NCBI GenBank assembly: GCA_050084515.1 | Contig: CM114271.1 | Span: forward strand, 16,926,001 to 16,990,000 | DNA: 64,000 nucleotides | Direction of reading: 5' to 3' | DNA from: Blasia pusilla | Lineage: Eukaryota | Shown here: one piece after another, positions 38,193 to 51,581 of the stretch | Numbering within the stretch: the first letter of the stretch is position 1 | How the letters are laid out: each line of letters starts with the position of its first letter | Translations under genes and position numbers: made by a program | Notes under the pieces: model-generated | The model's database searches: none | What the model saw: only the letters and a program-made list of their open reading frames with translations | Told to the model about the DNA's origin: nothing

Positions 38193-41100
38193 TCGATCAC
38201 AGGCACCCTAAACGGCCCGAAGCTCCTCAGTCGAGCCCCAAAGCGGCACCTCTCCTCGATGGACTGATGTAGCTACCACGACACTCCTCTCCATAAAAAT
38301 ATCATGAACGGGAGTATCCTATGCATAGACATGTCCCTCAATCAAATCACTAGGCCAAGTAATGGCGATGCTAACTGCTGCTAAGGTCGCCATCTCTCTT
38401 GGCCGTCGCTCGATCATTGCACTTGTGAATCGAATGGGTAATGAGCTAAGGCGCCCATTACTTGACTACTATCCTAGTCTATAGGACGTTGACTCCTCCC
38501 AATAATCCAGGGAAAACCCCATCGGGTATAACACTACTCCATCAACCAAGACATTGTAGGACTCTGCATCAATCATTATCACCTTGGCTCGCACCACGGA
38601 CACATATGTAGGATGTCCCGAGAAAATCCTCACCACAACCTCTTGTCGGGTGATATACTGTATGGTACTTGCTCCACCCAAGGATTTCTATATTCGGAAT
38701 GGACAACGCTCCACATCGACTCTCGTCAAGCCCAATCCTCTTAATGACGCTTTCCCCAACATCAGGGGTTGCGCTCCTGAATCCAACAAGACGCGCTCCG
38801 GACTAAAATCTCTACTCCGAGACTCACCAATTGGAAGACCTCTCCTTGGTTATCCAGCAACACAACACCAGGAGAAGCCATGGCATGCTCTATTGCAGGT
38901 CTAGCGGGCATCTCCGCCATCCTAGTACTCGCAGCCTGCCATGAATCTGACGTGGAGAGCCCGAGCATCCGCTCCAAGGGCAGGTCCATCACTTCCTCTG
39001 CAATCACCTCTAACGTGATGCAAGAACTCCAACTCCACGCTCACATAGCGTAGCAGCCAGCCATAAAAACCTTGGTAGGCGTACCTCCCAACGTCATAAC
39101 ATCGGAAGCAAAAAATAAAGGAGCGCAGTACACAACAACGTGCTCGACACATGCCCCTCTTGAGCATTAGCAATAGGAGTCATCGCACTTGCTTCTCCCA
39201 TTGCCCTCCATGCTTGCACACCAACAACATCACCAACTCTCTAGGAACTTTGATCAGGACCCATCGATGGGGTCCTCATCGCCTTAGACAACATGAAAGA
39301 TTGAGGAAGCCTAGTTTGTTTCCTGGCTTCCCCTCGTTGTGGATCCAACTCTACAGCTGCTCCACTCGTCACAACTGCGGCGGCCTTCATCTGGGTAATC
39401 CCACACATCCAACCAGGATCTTCCATATCTCAGGCTGCTCCATATGATGTCAATGCCACGGATCCGGCATCGGGTAACCTCAATGCCATAGCGGCAATCT
39501 ACTCTTGTAGCTGCTGTAAGTGAGCAGCCATCCCAGCCTCATGCCTCGCGTCTCCCTTGACGCGACTAGGTGGTGGGACTCTACCTCCTCCACGGGCACC
39601 TCCATCACCCTATTGGGCAACTCTAGCTCCTCGTCCCCCAACAGGACCACCTGGTGCACGATTTCTAGGCCCACCCGGACTGGCTACTCGCTCTTGTGCC
39701 CTCTCTGGCCCTCGGTTCAGATGTAACTCAGGGTACAAACTAAAACACCTCGCGCATGTATGACCATACCTCTGACAATAGTCACATTGATAACCTCCTG
39801 GTGTAGCACCATCTCCTCCTCCATGCTAAGGCATACGTCCATGACCCTGATGAGTGCTGTCACGCTGATGATGGGCTCCACCACATGACCAACAAGTAAT
39901 CGTAGGCGGCTGTTGCTGAGCCGTATATGAAGGCGTAGGTCTCAGTGGCACGGACTCTCGGTATCCTCCTTGAGCTCGTGGTGCCATAGTCGACCTATCT
40001 CAGAGTCCACGTTGCTGCACTGGTGGTGCTAACAATCGTGACTACTCTCGCCCAGAACCCATGGTGGCTACGCTCTCCTCCGCCATGTTGCGCTCAATAT
40101 TCTCGGCGATCCTAAAAACATCTCTCAAGGAAGGAAAGGTGTTCATAAGGAGCACCTCCTTTCGCATCCGCGTCCGTAGGGTTCGCTCCAGCATCGCGTA
40201 CCATGACTGGATTCCCTGAGCCTCTGTCACCCACTGAGTGACGTTGATCAATCGGCGCAAGCAAGTGTAAGCCTCACGAAACTCTCACCCGGGCACCTCT
40301 AGAAGTCATGGATGCTCCGCAACTTCTCCGTCCGTAGCCCCGGGTAGCTCACCCTCAACTCAACGAAGAACTCAACCACGGGGTTGAACCTGGGACGAAC
40401 CCGACTAGACGGTGCAACTGCTCGAGTGCAAGTGACCCCTCCTAAAACATCACGAGTGGAAGAGGAAATAGCCTCTCCTCACTCCTCCTCCTCCTCATCT
40501 AGGAATGGTTCCATCCATGACACATAGTGTGGGTCATAGTAGAGTCGCCATGCCTCAATCTGCTTGGCATATCTGTGGGAGAACTCATGGTAATCGTCCA
40601 TGGGCGCCCTCTCCAAATGCTGGAACATACCGTTCCATGCTATAAATGGGTTGAACTCTCTAGAGTTCCTAGCCCGCTGTGAGTCACACCAACTCCTAAA
40701 CTCCGCAATGAAGTCGTGTAGCTCTATAGTGCCTATAGCATCCGAAAACCTACAGAGTCCTCTACTCCGGTCGTCCATCTCGGACACCCAACTGATATGA
40801 CCACTCAATGTGTATGGTGGATCACTAACACACTCCTCTATATGCTCCCCCTTGTCTGAAGATGACACAGAAGGAGATCAAGGTGGTCTCTCACGTGGAG
40901 ACCCTCGAAACCTCGCACCACTCCGGATAAACCCTCCAAAGCTACTCTCAGGTCCACTACCTCACCTCTCAAAATCCCAAAAGGATGCCATGATGGCCCT
41001 TCTGCCCCTCTCACATGATCCCTCTCAATCTCACGAGTAATCCCTCAATCACTCAAAATAAACATGCGGCACTCAATCTACACTCTCTCACTGAGATGTG

Positions 41101-43899
41101 TGTTGTGCAACAACAAGCAGCGTGGTGCGGCAAATCAACCGATCTATCATCTCATCGACAAACCATCCTTAACTCTGGACATCCCACATAGGTCTATGTC
41201 CCCTAAACCCATACATCATCGATGCTCCTAGGATCAGCACGAAACCCAATATCCCAAATAACTTCCCAATACTCGAAAATCCCTCACACATGCAGGGTAA
41301 GAGACCAGAATGGGTAACCAGACAATAATGTCGATGTCGCTCCTCAGCAACTACAAATCTCGATCCCAACTCGGTCGTGAAGACAACTCCTCCAATCAGC
41401 AAGTCGTACTCCTCTCCTATTGATGCTACTCAAACCTCCTCGATGTGCGGTGCAGGTCCAACGGTCCGGTGCGGCACTGGCGGCACGGAACGGCTACAAA
41501 CGACACGGCACTCGAGAATGGGGTGTGGCACTCGGCGGCATATCCTCCTCAATCAAGATCACGATCGAGATGATGCGGTGCGGCCACAAGCAGCACGATG
41601 TGGCAATCGGCAGTCCGTTGCGGCTACGGGCGTCAAGGCACGGTACTCGATCGTCGTCGAGCAGCTATCAATCCCAACATAGCAACATGAAATGAAAACT
41701 CAAACACCATAACCCGAGGTCACCTGCCATCACAAAGTGATGACAAAATTGCAATGACGGTGCCGGCCAAACCAAAGTACGTGGTGGCTACGTAACTGAG
41801 AGAATCAACGGTGGTTTTGGAAGACCCTCCACTCCGTAATGGCGGCAATGGCAACTAAAGGCTGGATAACGGCCGAATGCGGCTCTGAGCAGCGCTAGGC
41901 GACGGCAGCGGCCGACGATGGACGATGGACGATGGACGGTGGACTATTGATGGTGATGATTGACTGGGGATGGTGATGGTTGACCATTGACGTTGACTAT
42001 GACGGCGACGACCACCGCCGGCGCGGCGGTTGGTTTAAGGTTTGAACAATTTAACCCTAAAAATCGCCTAGCAATGAAAATTTTGCAAGATTGATCGTAA
42101 CTTTTTGCTCACAACTCCAAATTGCGCACCATTTTCTGCAGAGCGTGCATAGCTTTACAATCTACAATAGCATCAAAAAATATTTGAAATCTAACATTGC
42201 AGTAAAAACTAACAGGGATTGTCGTAAAGCCCAATGTCTATTTACAAGTGAAAGATTGGTTAAGAATGGTTCATAGTGGGTAGGTATTCACATTGCCTTC
42301 TTAGAATAAGAGGACAACTCACACTGTCGGATGAACTCCCAGGGAGTTTGAAAGTGGCCGTTGGATATGTTGATCCGCAAAAGATTGAGATATTTTATCA
42401 ACACTGTTATTAGAAAACTATTTTTTAACGATGATGCTTTCCATTTTGGCATTGTCACAAAATGCTCTACACTATCGTGATGGTTCTCATTTCTAACCAT
42501 GTCAAAAAACAAAATCTGTTGCTGGCTATCTAAATCCAGCCAACCTCTACATCACTCGTCAAAATACTTTAATAGTTTGAATAGAACCACTCGACCTCCA
42601 CGTGGAGTGTCATTTCCAAGTCCAAAGTGAACACAATCGGGGGGAGACTACTCTCTTGTAAGTGCTCCAAAATTGGAGCCTCCATTCTCGTTAGACTATC
42701 GCCATTCTTACATGTCCACAGGCCCAAACCTAAGTAATCACTGGCTGCGTGGAGAAATTTTGCACACCTTGGTCTGATGCTAATATTTTTTAAGTTGCGA
42801 GTATTTCGATAAGTATGGCGGAAAAGGAGGACCTCAGAATTCGAGGATACAAAAACTATAAATGCGATGCAAGGTTGTAGGAGAAAATGAAACACTTCAT
42901 GCAAGGGTAGAGTCCTTTCATTTCAACTCTTGGAATAGTAGCATTACAATAACTTGTGCACCTCTCATCTCCAAGAGGGATGCAAGGGCAAAACCCTTAC
43001 ACTTCATGATCCAAATTGTAAGAAAATAGTCAGAGGGGAATGAATCGGAACTTCAGTTCCGATTAAGATGCTTCAAGAAAATGTATGTCACCTCAAACTC
43101 CACTAGGTGCTAAAATCCAAAGATTTAATTTCCACACTCATTTCTCTAATGGTTTCCAAGCAGGTTTTATCCTCCATGGTCAAATTTATGGAACCACCAC
43201 CTGCTAGTAATCTCATCTCTTTTTGCATAATCAAAGTCTATGTGAAATCCCTGATAGTATAGATGATGCCCATTGAGTCTTACCAAGAAAGAGGTCCTCT
43301 GGTCGATGTTGGTCCCGCACCTATTTGGAGATGTTTCATGTGTTAGGGATAGGTTTTTTCTTCATTTTTTTTAAGGGTTCACGGCTAAAATTTTTGGAGA
43401 AGCGCCCAAACTGCTAGAATCTTACTTGTCCTTGATTTTTTTCTATGTGGGATCCTTTTCGTGATTTTTCCCTCTGGTTCCCACTCCACAATTCCTAAAG
43501 AAGCCTTCGACGCAATGGCTCTACGTGTCCTGACGACGTCAATATTCGTTCTCCCTTCATTTTGTGGCCTAGCAACTTTCTTAGTGGATATACTTCTTGC
43601 CTGAGCCGCATGCTTTGTAGACACTGGAGCTCAAGGTGCATCTTGTGACGTATCATTTTTCTGTACATTTATACATTTAATTATTAAATTGCATGTAGAG
43701 TCATCAGAATCCGATATTTCAAGGGCAGAGGCTAATTAAGTCATTCCCGAGGATAGTATTTTCTACTTTTCTAAGTTGCAAGTGATTCACCAACCGTGGA
43801 ACATTCAGACATCGATCTTTTACGCATTCCATCGAGTGACTCTTATATGAAACCACAATATGAGGGCTTCTTTTCGGGATGACAATTAAGTGTGGAGAC

Positions 43900-44400
43900 G
43901 CTTAACATAATGAGAACTTAAGATGCATTAGGAATCATTACTTTAGTTGCTCACCTGAGTTGGAGAAGTTGATAACATTGCAGTAAGCTTTTCCGTAACC
44001 TACATTTCCTCACTCCCCTTTTCTCCCTGTGGAGGGCCAAAATGCTTGACATAATGAGAACTTAAGTTGTACATCTAATTCAATGCAAGAGGAGGCTGTG
44101 AAAACATCCGTTATGAACGATTAATTAGGGTGCTCACCTGAGTAGGAGAGCTCAATGACGGTGGAGTCTGCTTTTTCATCCCAAGCAATCCCTCGCTCTC
44201 ATTTTCTCCTTGTGTAGTGCCAAAATGCTCAACATTATAAGAACTTAAGTTCTACATTAGTGCAAGAGGAGGCTGGGAAAATGTCCCTTAGGAAAAATAA
44301 ATTGGGTTGCTCACATGAGTAGGAGAGCTCGATGACGGTGGAGTCTGCTTTTCCGTCCCAAGCAGTACCCCCCTCTCTTTTTCTCCCCCTGGACACTCAT
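43900..44400. repeat. Three diverged ~190-bp tandem units
   Basis: Recurring acataatgagaacttaag ... tgctcacctgagtaggagagctc ... gctttttcc ... ttttctcc blocks at about 43906, 44050 and 44231. Confidence 0.65.
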
Positions 44401-47400
44401 CGGAATAAGAAAAAAAACATGAATTTGAAACTAATAAGAGGAAGGATTTAGTTACATTAGGAGGATCATAGAGATCATGTAAATTTCTCACCGCAATTGG
44501 TGATTTCGACAACTACATCTGCTTGGATTTGCTCTCTAGCACTTCATCATCCTTTCCTCCCTCAAGAGTGAGCATCGATAGTCCAAGTGATTTTCCACCA
44601 ATTGACGATGATATCTTCGCAAACGGATACTTAGATTAGAATTCCATATGTAATAGTTCTCGTCCCACTCAAAAGCATGAAGATTTTCATAACGAGCTTT
44701 TTAAATTGAACTTACCATATTTTCTCCTAGCGATGTGGGGATAGTTTTGTCGGAATATCTTGATGAACCAAGAGTAGCTAGAGCACTAGTCTCCCTTGTC
44801 AAAATTTGAGGGTTCAATACATTGATCGATGTCACCCTTTCAAAAGTTGAGGGACCCAATCCCTCGCCTTCATCCCTCAACGCGACTCCATCGTCCTAAT
44901 TGTGGAAAATAACCAAAATTAGTAATCAGCCTCAATGATGAAATCGAAGAGTCATGTGAAAAGGAACAAACTTCTGGTATTCCAAGCACAAAATCCTGGA
45001 GCTTACTTTGGATTCCTCATCATCTGACTCCTCTTCATTTTCTGGGTCCTTTGCTTGTTTGTGATTCCGGGCATTTGCCTATTTTTTGCCTTCCGAAGGT
45101 GCCACCTTTCTGTCTAGTTTAGACTTTACTGTAGGAATAGTCCTTAAAAGACCACGGTTTGAATCGATCTTGAAGAACTGATCAAATTTCAAGTAGAAGT
45201 CTGACAATGTTGCCGCATCCACTTGCAGATAGAATGCTTGGAAATAGATGCCCGAAACCTATGAAGATGCCAGCGCTGGGAGTTAGTGCATATCTTTGAA
45301 ATAAGAATTAGAGTGCATGTAATCATGATCAGAACTTAGGTTTTGAATGAGAAACTTGCCACTAGAGCCGCTAGTACACGAAAACCTAGATTTACCATAA
45401 TGGCATTCTTCCGCGCTCCAACCTTTGACAAGTCGCTGAAAATCTCCACGAGGTCACTCATTCAAAACTTGTTCTCTCCGAGGGTCGAAAGGAATCTATA
45501 CTCCTCGTTGATCATATCTCTTGTGTCACTGAAGAAGGCATGAAGAAATTTTTCTCCAAGTACTCTATTTACGGCAGCAAGTTATTCGTCCACAGTGGAC
45601 TCATCAAAACCATTGCAAAATATTGCTATTACAACCATGAGACATCCTCCACTCCGAATCTTCTGTCTCTTTGGATCTGTCAATGGAAATCGGACTATAC
45701 AAGGAATTACTCTAAACTACAGATTGGATGCTCTTTGGCAAGCAACTATAAGATTTCCGAGTGTTTCGATTTCAACGAAGAACACAAAGAATCTTTCGCT
45801 TGAATTAAGACGAGACCCGTCGGCAAAAAAATCTCCAAATTCTTCTACACTAAGCCGCTCATAATCATTTGATGCGCTAACTATATTAACAAATATTATG
45901 TCAAAAAGTACACCCTACTCATCCTCTTCCACCACCCAATTTACAACAGTCCGGAAAAATCCTGATGAGGTTGTATCAATACTGCCAATGACTTCCTTGT
46001 GCGTAGATACAAGAAAGTTAGTCGGTAGCCGTTTGGCCCTACGCACTGGAATTAAATCTCTCAATATCCTACAAAATTCATCAAGAGGAAGACCTAATTT
46101 GGCTTGCGTGCCAAAGGAGAGATGCTTCTTCACATACATCTTCTCCTCAAGTAGAATATCGAGGAGAATCTAAGCATCATCAATGCACAACTCTTTTTTT
46201 GAAATGAGCTTGTCAAAGGAATCTCGATATCTTCTCCCAATAGAGAAAACCCTCTCCAAAAAAATGAACTTACAGATAGCGCCTATATTCACTTATTCGC
46301 ATTTTAACTTATCATAGTAGAATTTCAGGTTCATCAAGTCTTTCATTCGTATTTTACGAGTAGATGTTGACCGCATTTGCATCTCAATTTCAAGAGTTCT
46401 TATGCGACTTGCATCACATTTTCCTTGTCAAGCCCCTCGAGTGGTCTCAACTCGGTCTTCTTCAGCCTTCTCTTCTCGATGCTCGTTTTATGTCTCAGCT
46501 AGTACTCATAGTACGCGAGACCATCTCGTGCCATGAGTTTACCTTCCTCGTAGGCAACCATGACAGCATGCCACATATTCTATGTGGTGGAAGAGAAATT
46601 GTAGATGAATGTGTTTATCTTCTTGTGGCTGGAACCAAAATGGGCGTTGAGCCTCTTCGTCATGGTCTACAGGAAAAATGGAATTTCAGTTCAATTAGGA
46701 TACCAATGATAATAGCTCTGACTGATTAAAGACAGAGATGGCCTATGTACTATATGTTTTCTTAGAATTCAAGTTCTAATTAGAAATTCAAATTTCGATT
46801 TGAATGGTACTACCGTAGCGATCCTCAATGCAAGGAAATCCACCACTTCTCCAATCTTCCTCTTTCCGATCTTCTTAATTTTTGCCAACTTGATATTGCT
46901 CATGTGGGCCCAAAAAGTGGCAATTTGCGTTCTTATTGGAGTCTCTATGTTGCTAGTATATGTGTCCACTTGATTATGAAGTGACGAGAGGCTACCATAT
47001 CTCAGACGATTTTTGGGATAATCTTCCCTCCAAACTACTATACACGGGAGACTTTGGAAAAAATTGTCCCTCCTGGCTTCATGAAGTTTAGAGAAGGCAA
47101 CCGATGTATGTTGACCGGAAATTACCCACTAGTAGATTGTTGTACCATCACGTAGGTACCCATCAACTATCTCCTCTTCTGAGGGAGCAACTCATAAATG
47201 GTCACCCCGATAGTCATGAGATGCTCTTGCAATATCGTATGTATATTGAACAACAATATATGTGTTTATATTTTTCACTTTGACATTTCTAGTCCCCGAG
47301 AGACTATGCATCAAGGCATTCACTCTCTCTGGATGAAGCTCCCTCGCTTTGATGTCAAGCGGGGCAACTTTGAAATCATTGACATCTAAGCAAAAGATTT

Positions 47401-50400
47401 TCAAAGTAGAGTTTGGAAATATATAGATCCTTAAAGTGCTCCCACAATCTCTCTTATCCCAGCTTTGCACAAGAGAAACTAGAAGGGATGGATGTAAGGA
47501 AGTATTTTATTACTAAAGGAATAAGAATATGAGTTTTTTTCAAGGACTCAAAAGGGGCATGAATGGTGGATGGCTTATACTTGGAGTCATGACTTACTAG
47601 CAAGAGTTCAAGAGTAGGAGAGGATGATGATGAGAATGTTTGATGTTTGGAGCAAGAAACTAAGGCTGTAAGATTGAAGGATACTAGGATATTCTCACAT
47701 TTGAGATTAAATCTATATTATTGCTGGAGAGTTCCTTCTTGATTTGCTAACACATGTGTGCTTGACATGTGGCAATTGCGCAGCAAGAAAAAAAACCTCA
47801 TACTATGGGCAGCAAGAAAATTTGAGTTTGTTTGCAGCATGGTTGGTCCCTTCACTACCATGCATAGCACGGGTTGAAGGTTGCACACGGACAAAGTGCA
47901 TGGACATGTCCATGTCCGCGGATTTATGACCGTCCTTAGGACAGACATGTCCGTGTGGGCGCGGGTACCTACGGCTTGCACCCAAACCTACCTTACCCGC
48001 AACATACATCCGTGCTCACCTACCCACACCTAGCCTAAATATTTGTTATCCGGCCATTTTGTAGACCGCACAGACCCACCTAAGCCCCCAATACGCCCAA
48101 GGAAGATGGGGTACAGGACTGCCATCTATAGACCCACAACCTAGTGAGCCCACCCTCTACATGCCAATGTGGACTACATGTGGGCCGATTCCTACCCGCC
48201 TCCCTTAGTCGAAGCCCCCACCCGTTCGAGTGTGTTGATGGGAAGTGTAAGGCGAGTATAACCAAGGGAAAGAAGCTAAACAAAGATGCACTCCTTTCAA
48301 TGCCAATCGAGGGATCGATGAGATGTTCTGAAGGGAACGATCCATTAGCAAATATGAAAATGGCTCTTCACTATAACTCACTTGAGACGCATTTTGAAGC
48401 TCCCCGATTGTGAGGTGAAACTCTCCAATTGTGAATTGCATGTCAGTGGCCTTTGTACTTGTAATCTAGGTTTCCTCATAGAATTTTGTAGGGCTTTGCC
48501 TTTGTATAATTCTTAATACCCTCGAATGAAGTTCCTAGCTCAATGAACCATCCCTTCAAGGGTCCCACTCTACCTCCTCCCTTTGCAACCATGCAACCCC
48601 TCCCCATCCACCTCAAACATGAACGGTTAGATCTTCCAAGATCCATGAGATAGTCTCATAAGAGATATCTTGAGAGGGTTTCCTAAAAGTAACCCAAAAC
48701 ACCATTCCAACCACTCTTTGCAATGGCTAAGATCATGCCGCCACATTCGACCCATCCCTTCCCGGCAAGTGAATGGCTAGGATAACCACCATCTTGTGGT
48801 TCTAAGAAAAAAAATTATGGCCCTTCTACTCAAAAGGTTATCTTCCCTCGCCCTTACAAGAAAAAAATTTATCCCTCCTCTATTCATAATTTATCGTTAG
48901 TCCAAAAAAGGAAAAATAATCCAAATATCTTCCATGGATACACCAAGGCTATTTGAATTCTAGAGATTTAATTAAAAGATTAAATTTTCTCCAAATACCC
49001 ACCTACTCTTCTCCATCTCCTTCTCTTCTTGGCCAAGCTCAAAAATCATGAAACTTTTTGAGATGATGCCCCATGCTTCTTGCAACCCAAGGAAAAAGAA
49101 AACTCTCCAAGTGCCCACCTAGACATTGAATTAAAAATGGAAGACCAAAAATTTGATCTTGGATTTTTAGTTATATCTTGGAGTCAAAAATAGCAAATCC
49201 GAGCCGTCCAATTTTGAGATGACATTACCAAGACCAACCCTACCAAGTTTCATTCCAATCCAATGGTGGAAACAATCTTAGACCGAAATGAAGGAAACTA
49301 GATTAAGGAAGCCATGTGAATCCTCACTTCAAGCCCTCTTCTTTCACTATCTTCTTCCTTTCTTGGCCTTCCTTTTTAGTCACAAGCTCGAAAATCATGA
49401 AACTTTGTAAGATTATGCCCCCATGCCTTCGTAGTGTAGGAAAAAAATAAACTCTTCAAATGCCCATCTAGGGATTGCCTTGAAAATGGAAGACAAAAAA
49501 TATGATCTTAGATTTGTAATTATATCTTGGTGTCAATATTAGAAAATCCAAACCATCCACGTGGGAGATTACTCTACAAGGACCAAGTCCACTCCGATCT
49601 AATGGTGGATGTAAATTTTGGCCTAAGCTGAAGGACAAAAGTGAAGTAATCCAAGTGAATCCCCACAAATGATTCAAAATATAACAACATTCTGTTGAAA
49701 TCAAGTGATTGAGGGGATCACCCAAAACAAGCCCACAATATACTCACATCAAAAAAAATTTCCTAATTTCTCAACCCCTTGCAAAATTTTTTAAGGGGGG
49801 AGGGGGAGGATTTCTTCACCCCTTGCAACTTTCGACCAAAAGTTTGAAATTTTTTCCCCATTTTGGGAGGGCTTTACTTACATCGGCGTTGTATTTTTTA
49901 TTTTCCCCTCCCTTATTCCAAAAAATTCGCTATCGTCAATTAAAATATGCTTGAGTTTGACGTACGTTATTTTTTACTTTTCTTTCAGTGATATACATGC
50001 CGTAGAAAAATGGTTGACTACAAACTTGCATTAGAGTTACAAAATTTTGTAGTATTACGATTGCAATGTTGCAAAAGTTTGCAAATTGCACTAGAAGCCA
50101 ACTAAAAGTTGACTTACAAACAACTCACAATTTTTTTTTCTTTTGATTTGTGGGTTTGATTTCATGCGTGTGAAGAAAATTCCATGGAATGAGTTGAATG
50201 ATGCCACAAAGAAGAATCTTTATATATAAGGATAAATTTTGTATGCAAACATATGTGGTGTACGTCATTGTCATTAATGCCACAAATCTTACCTACGCCA
50301 CTGCCACGCATCTAATGTGCCTTGCATGGAATCATGCTTGAATTATTTTACAGAGAGAAATTTATAGGTGTTGAGTTTTCTTGTAACAATCTACAAGTTT

Positions 50401-51581
50401 GTAATGAAGACATGGACATCACAATTGAACCTGTAATGAGTTTTGCAAGAACATCAACTAGTGTACAATGAGGTGGTTTAAACACTGTTGCAAAGAAAGT
50501 GAAGCCATATAAGGATGAAAGGTTGCCTTTGTCATGGATTGACCCAAGTTTTCTACACTCGGAAAGACAATACCTTACAGAGTCTCAAATTGTATTAAAT
50601 ACTCCAAAGACATCCAATCATGATGGCCTTGGTACACATCCAATCATGCACGAAAACATCACATCCACACAATACACATCATCCATTTTTTCAACATGCA
50701 AAGAAATCAAAAAAAAAATTACGTCAATAAAAAAGGATGAGGTCAGAGAAAACCCTCCTCTTGTTTTAGCAATGTAGGGTTAAAACGCACTTCTCTTGTC
50801 GATGCGTGTCATTTGAAAGTAATTAAATTAAGAAAGGAAAATATTTACATCACCCTTTAATTAAAAGGAAAAAATATAATTGATCACACATGCATCACAT
50901 GTATATGGAAGGACCCACAAGGCGGAACTAGGAATAACCCCACTATGCGAGTTTCACGCTAGGGAATGGGGTGGAAATGACTTGCATACGGAAAATAGGC
51001 CCACCACGCTAATCCACATTAGGGAATGGGGTGGAGATGGCCATCATGAGAGAAAGACGTGTTTCAAGGTTCGGGGGAACGAGGTTTTCATCGATAGAAC
51101 GAGCGGGAGCTTACGGGTTTAGGTTTAGGGTGTAAGGTAGAGGATCTCGAGGATTTCTCGTCGTTCTTGCCATCTGAAGTGTCTGGTAGGGTTCCCTGTG
51201 AGGATTCCACGAAGAATTGTGGACACGCTCGGAGCCGGGATCGAATTTCTGCGCACTCGCGTGGAGTCTGCGTCGGGTTTAGGAGATTGTGCAGCGGTGA
51301 GCGGAATTTTCTGTGGTTGCGGAGCGGCGAGGGTTTCGTGCCGGAGGAGATCTGCGTTGGTCTTGAAGAGCTCATGATTTGAGTACTGATAGGGTTCGGC
51401 GGTGGAGATTCGAAGGGGATTTTCTCCTCTCTGGCGAGTTCCTGCTGTCGGGGTATGGACGTTGCGTAGAGAGGGAATGGAGGTGGGAGGAGGTGGGGAA
51501 AGGGAATTGGCCGTGTAGTGGAACCTTCATTTCGAAGATAGAGGGGAGGGAGGTTCCGGGGTTTTCGAACGGCGGGAAGCG

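Larger units (their letters stand above)
23631..42240 (-). mobile_element. Element B: second copy of the element-A family, 5'-truncated and interrupted by two nested insertions
   Basis: B2 23631-23754, A2 ~23755-24275 and B1 24278-24402 match element A repeats. Integrase/RNase H/RT fragments lie at 26285-27913. RT, MTase remnant, protease, gag and leader lie at 36804-42240. Homology to element A ends at the position equivalent to ~10413, so A1 is missing. Confidence 0.9.
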
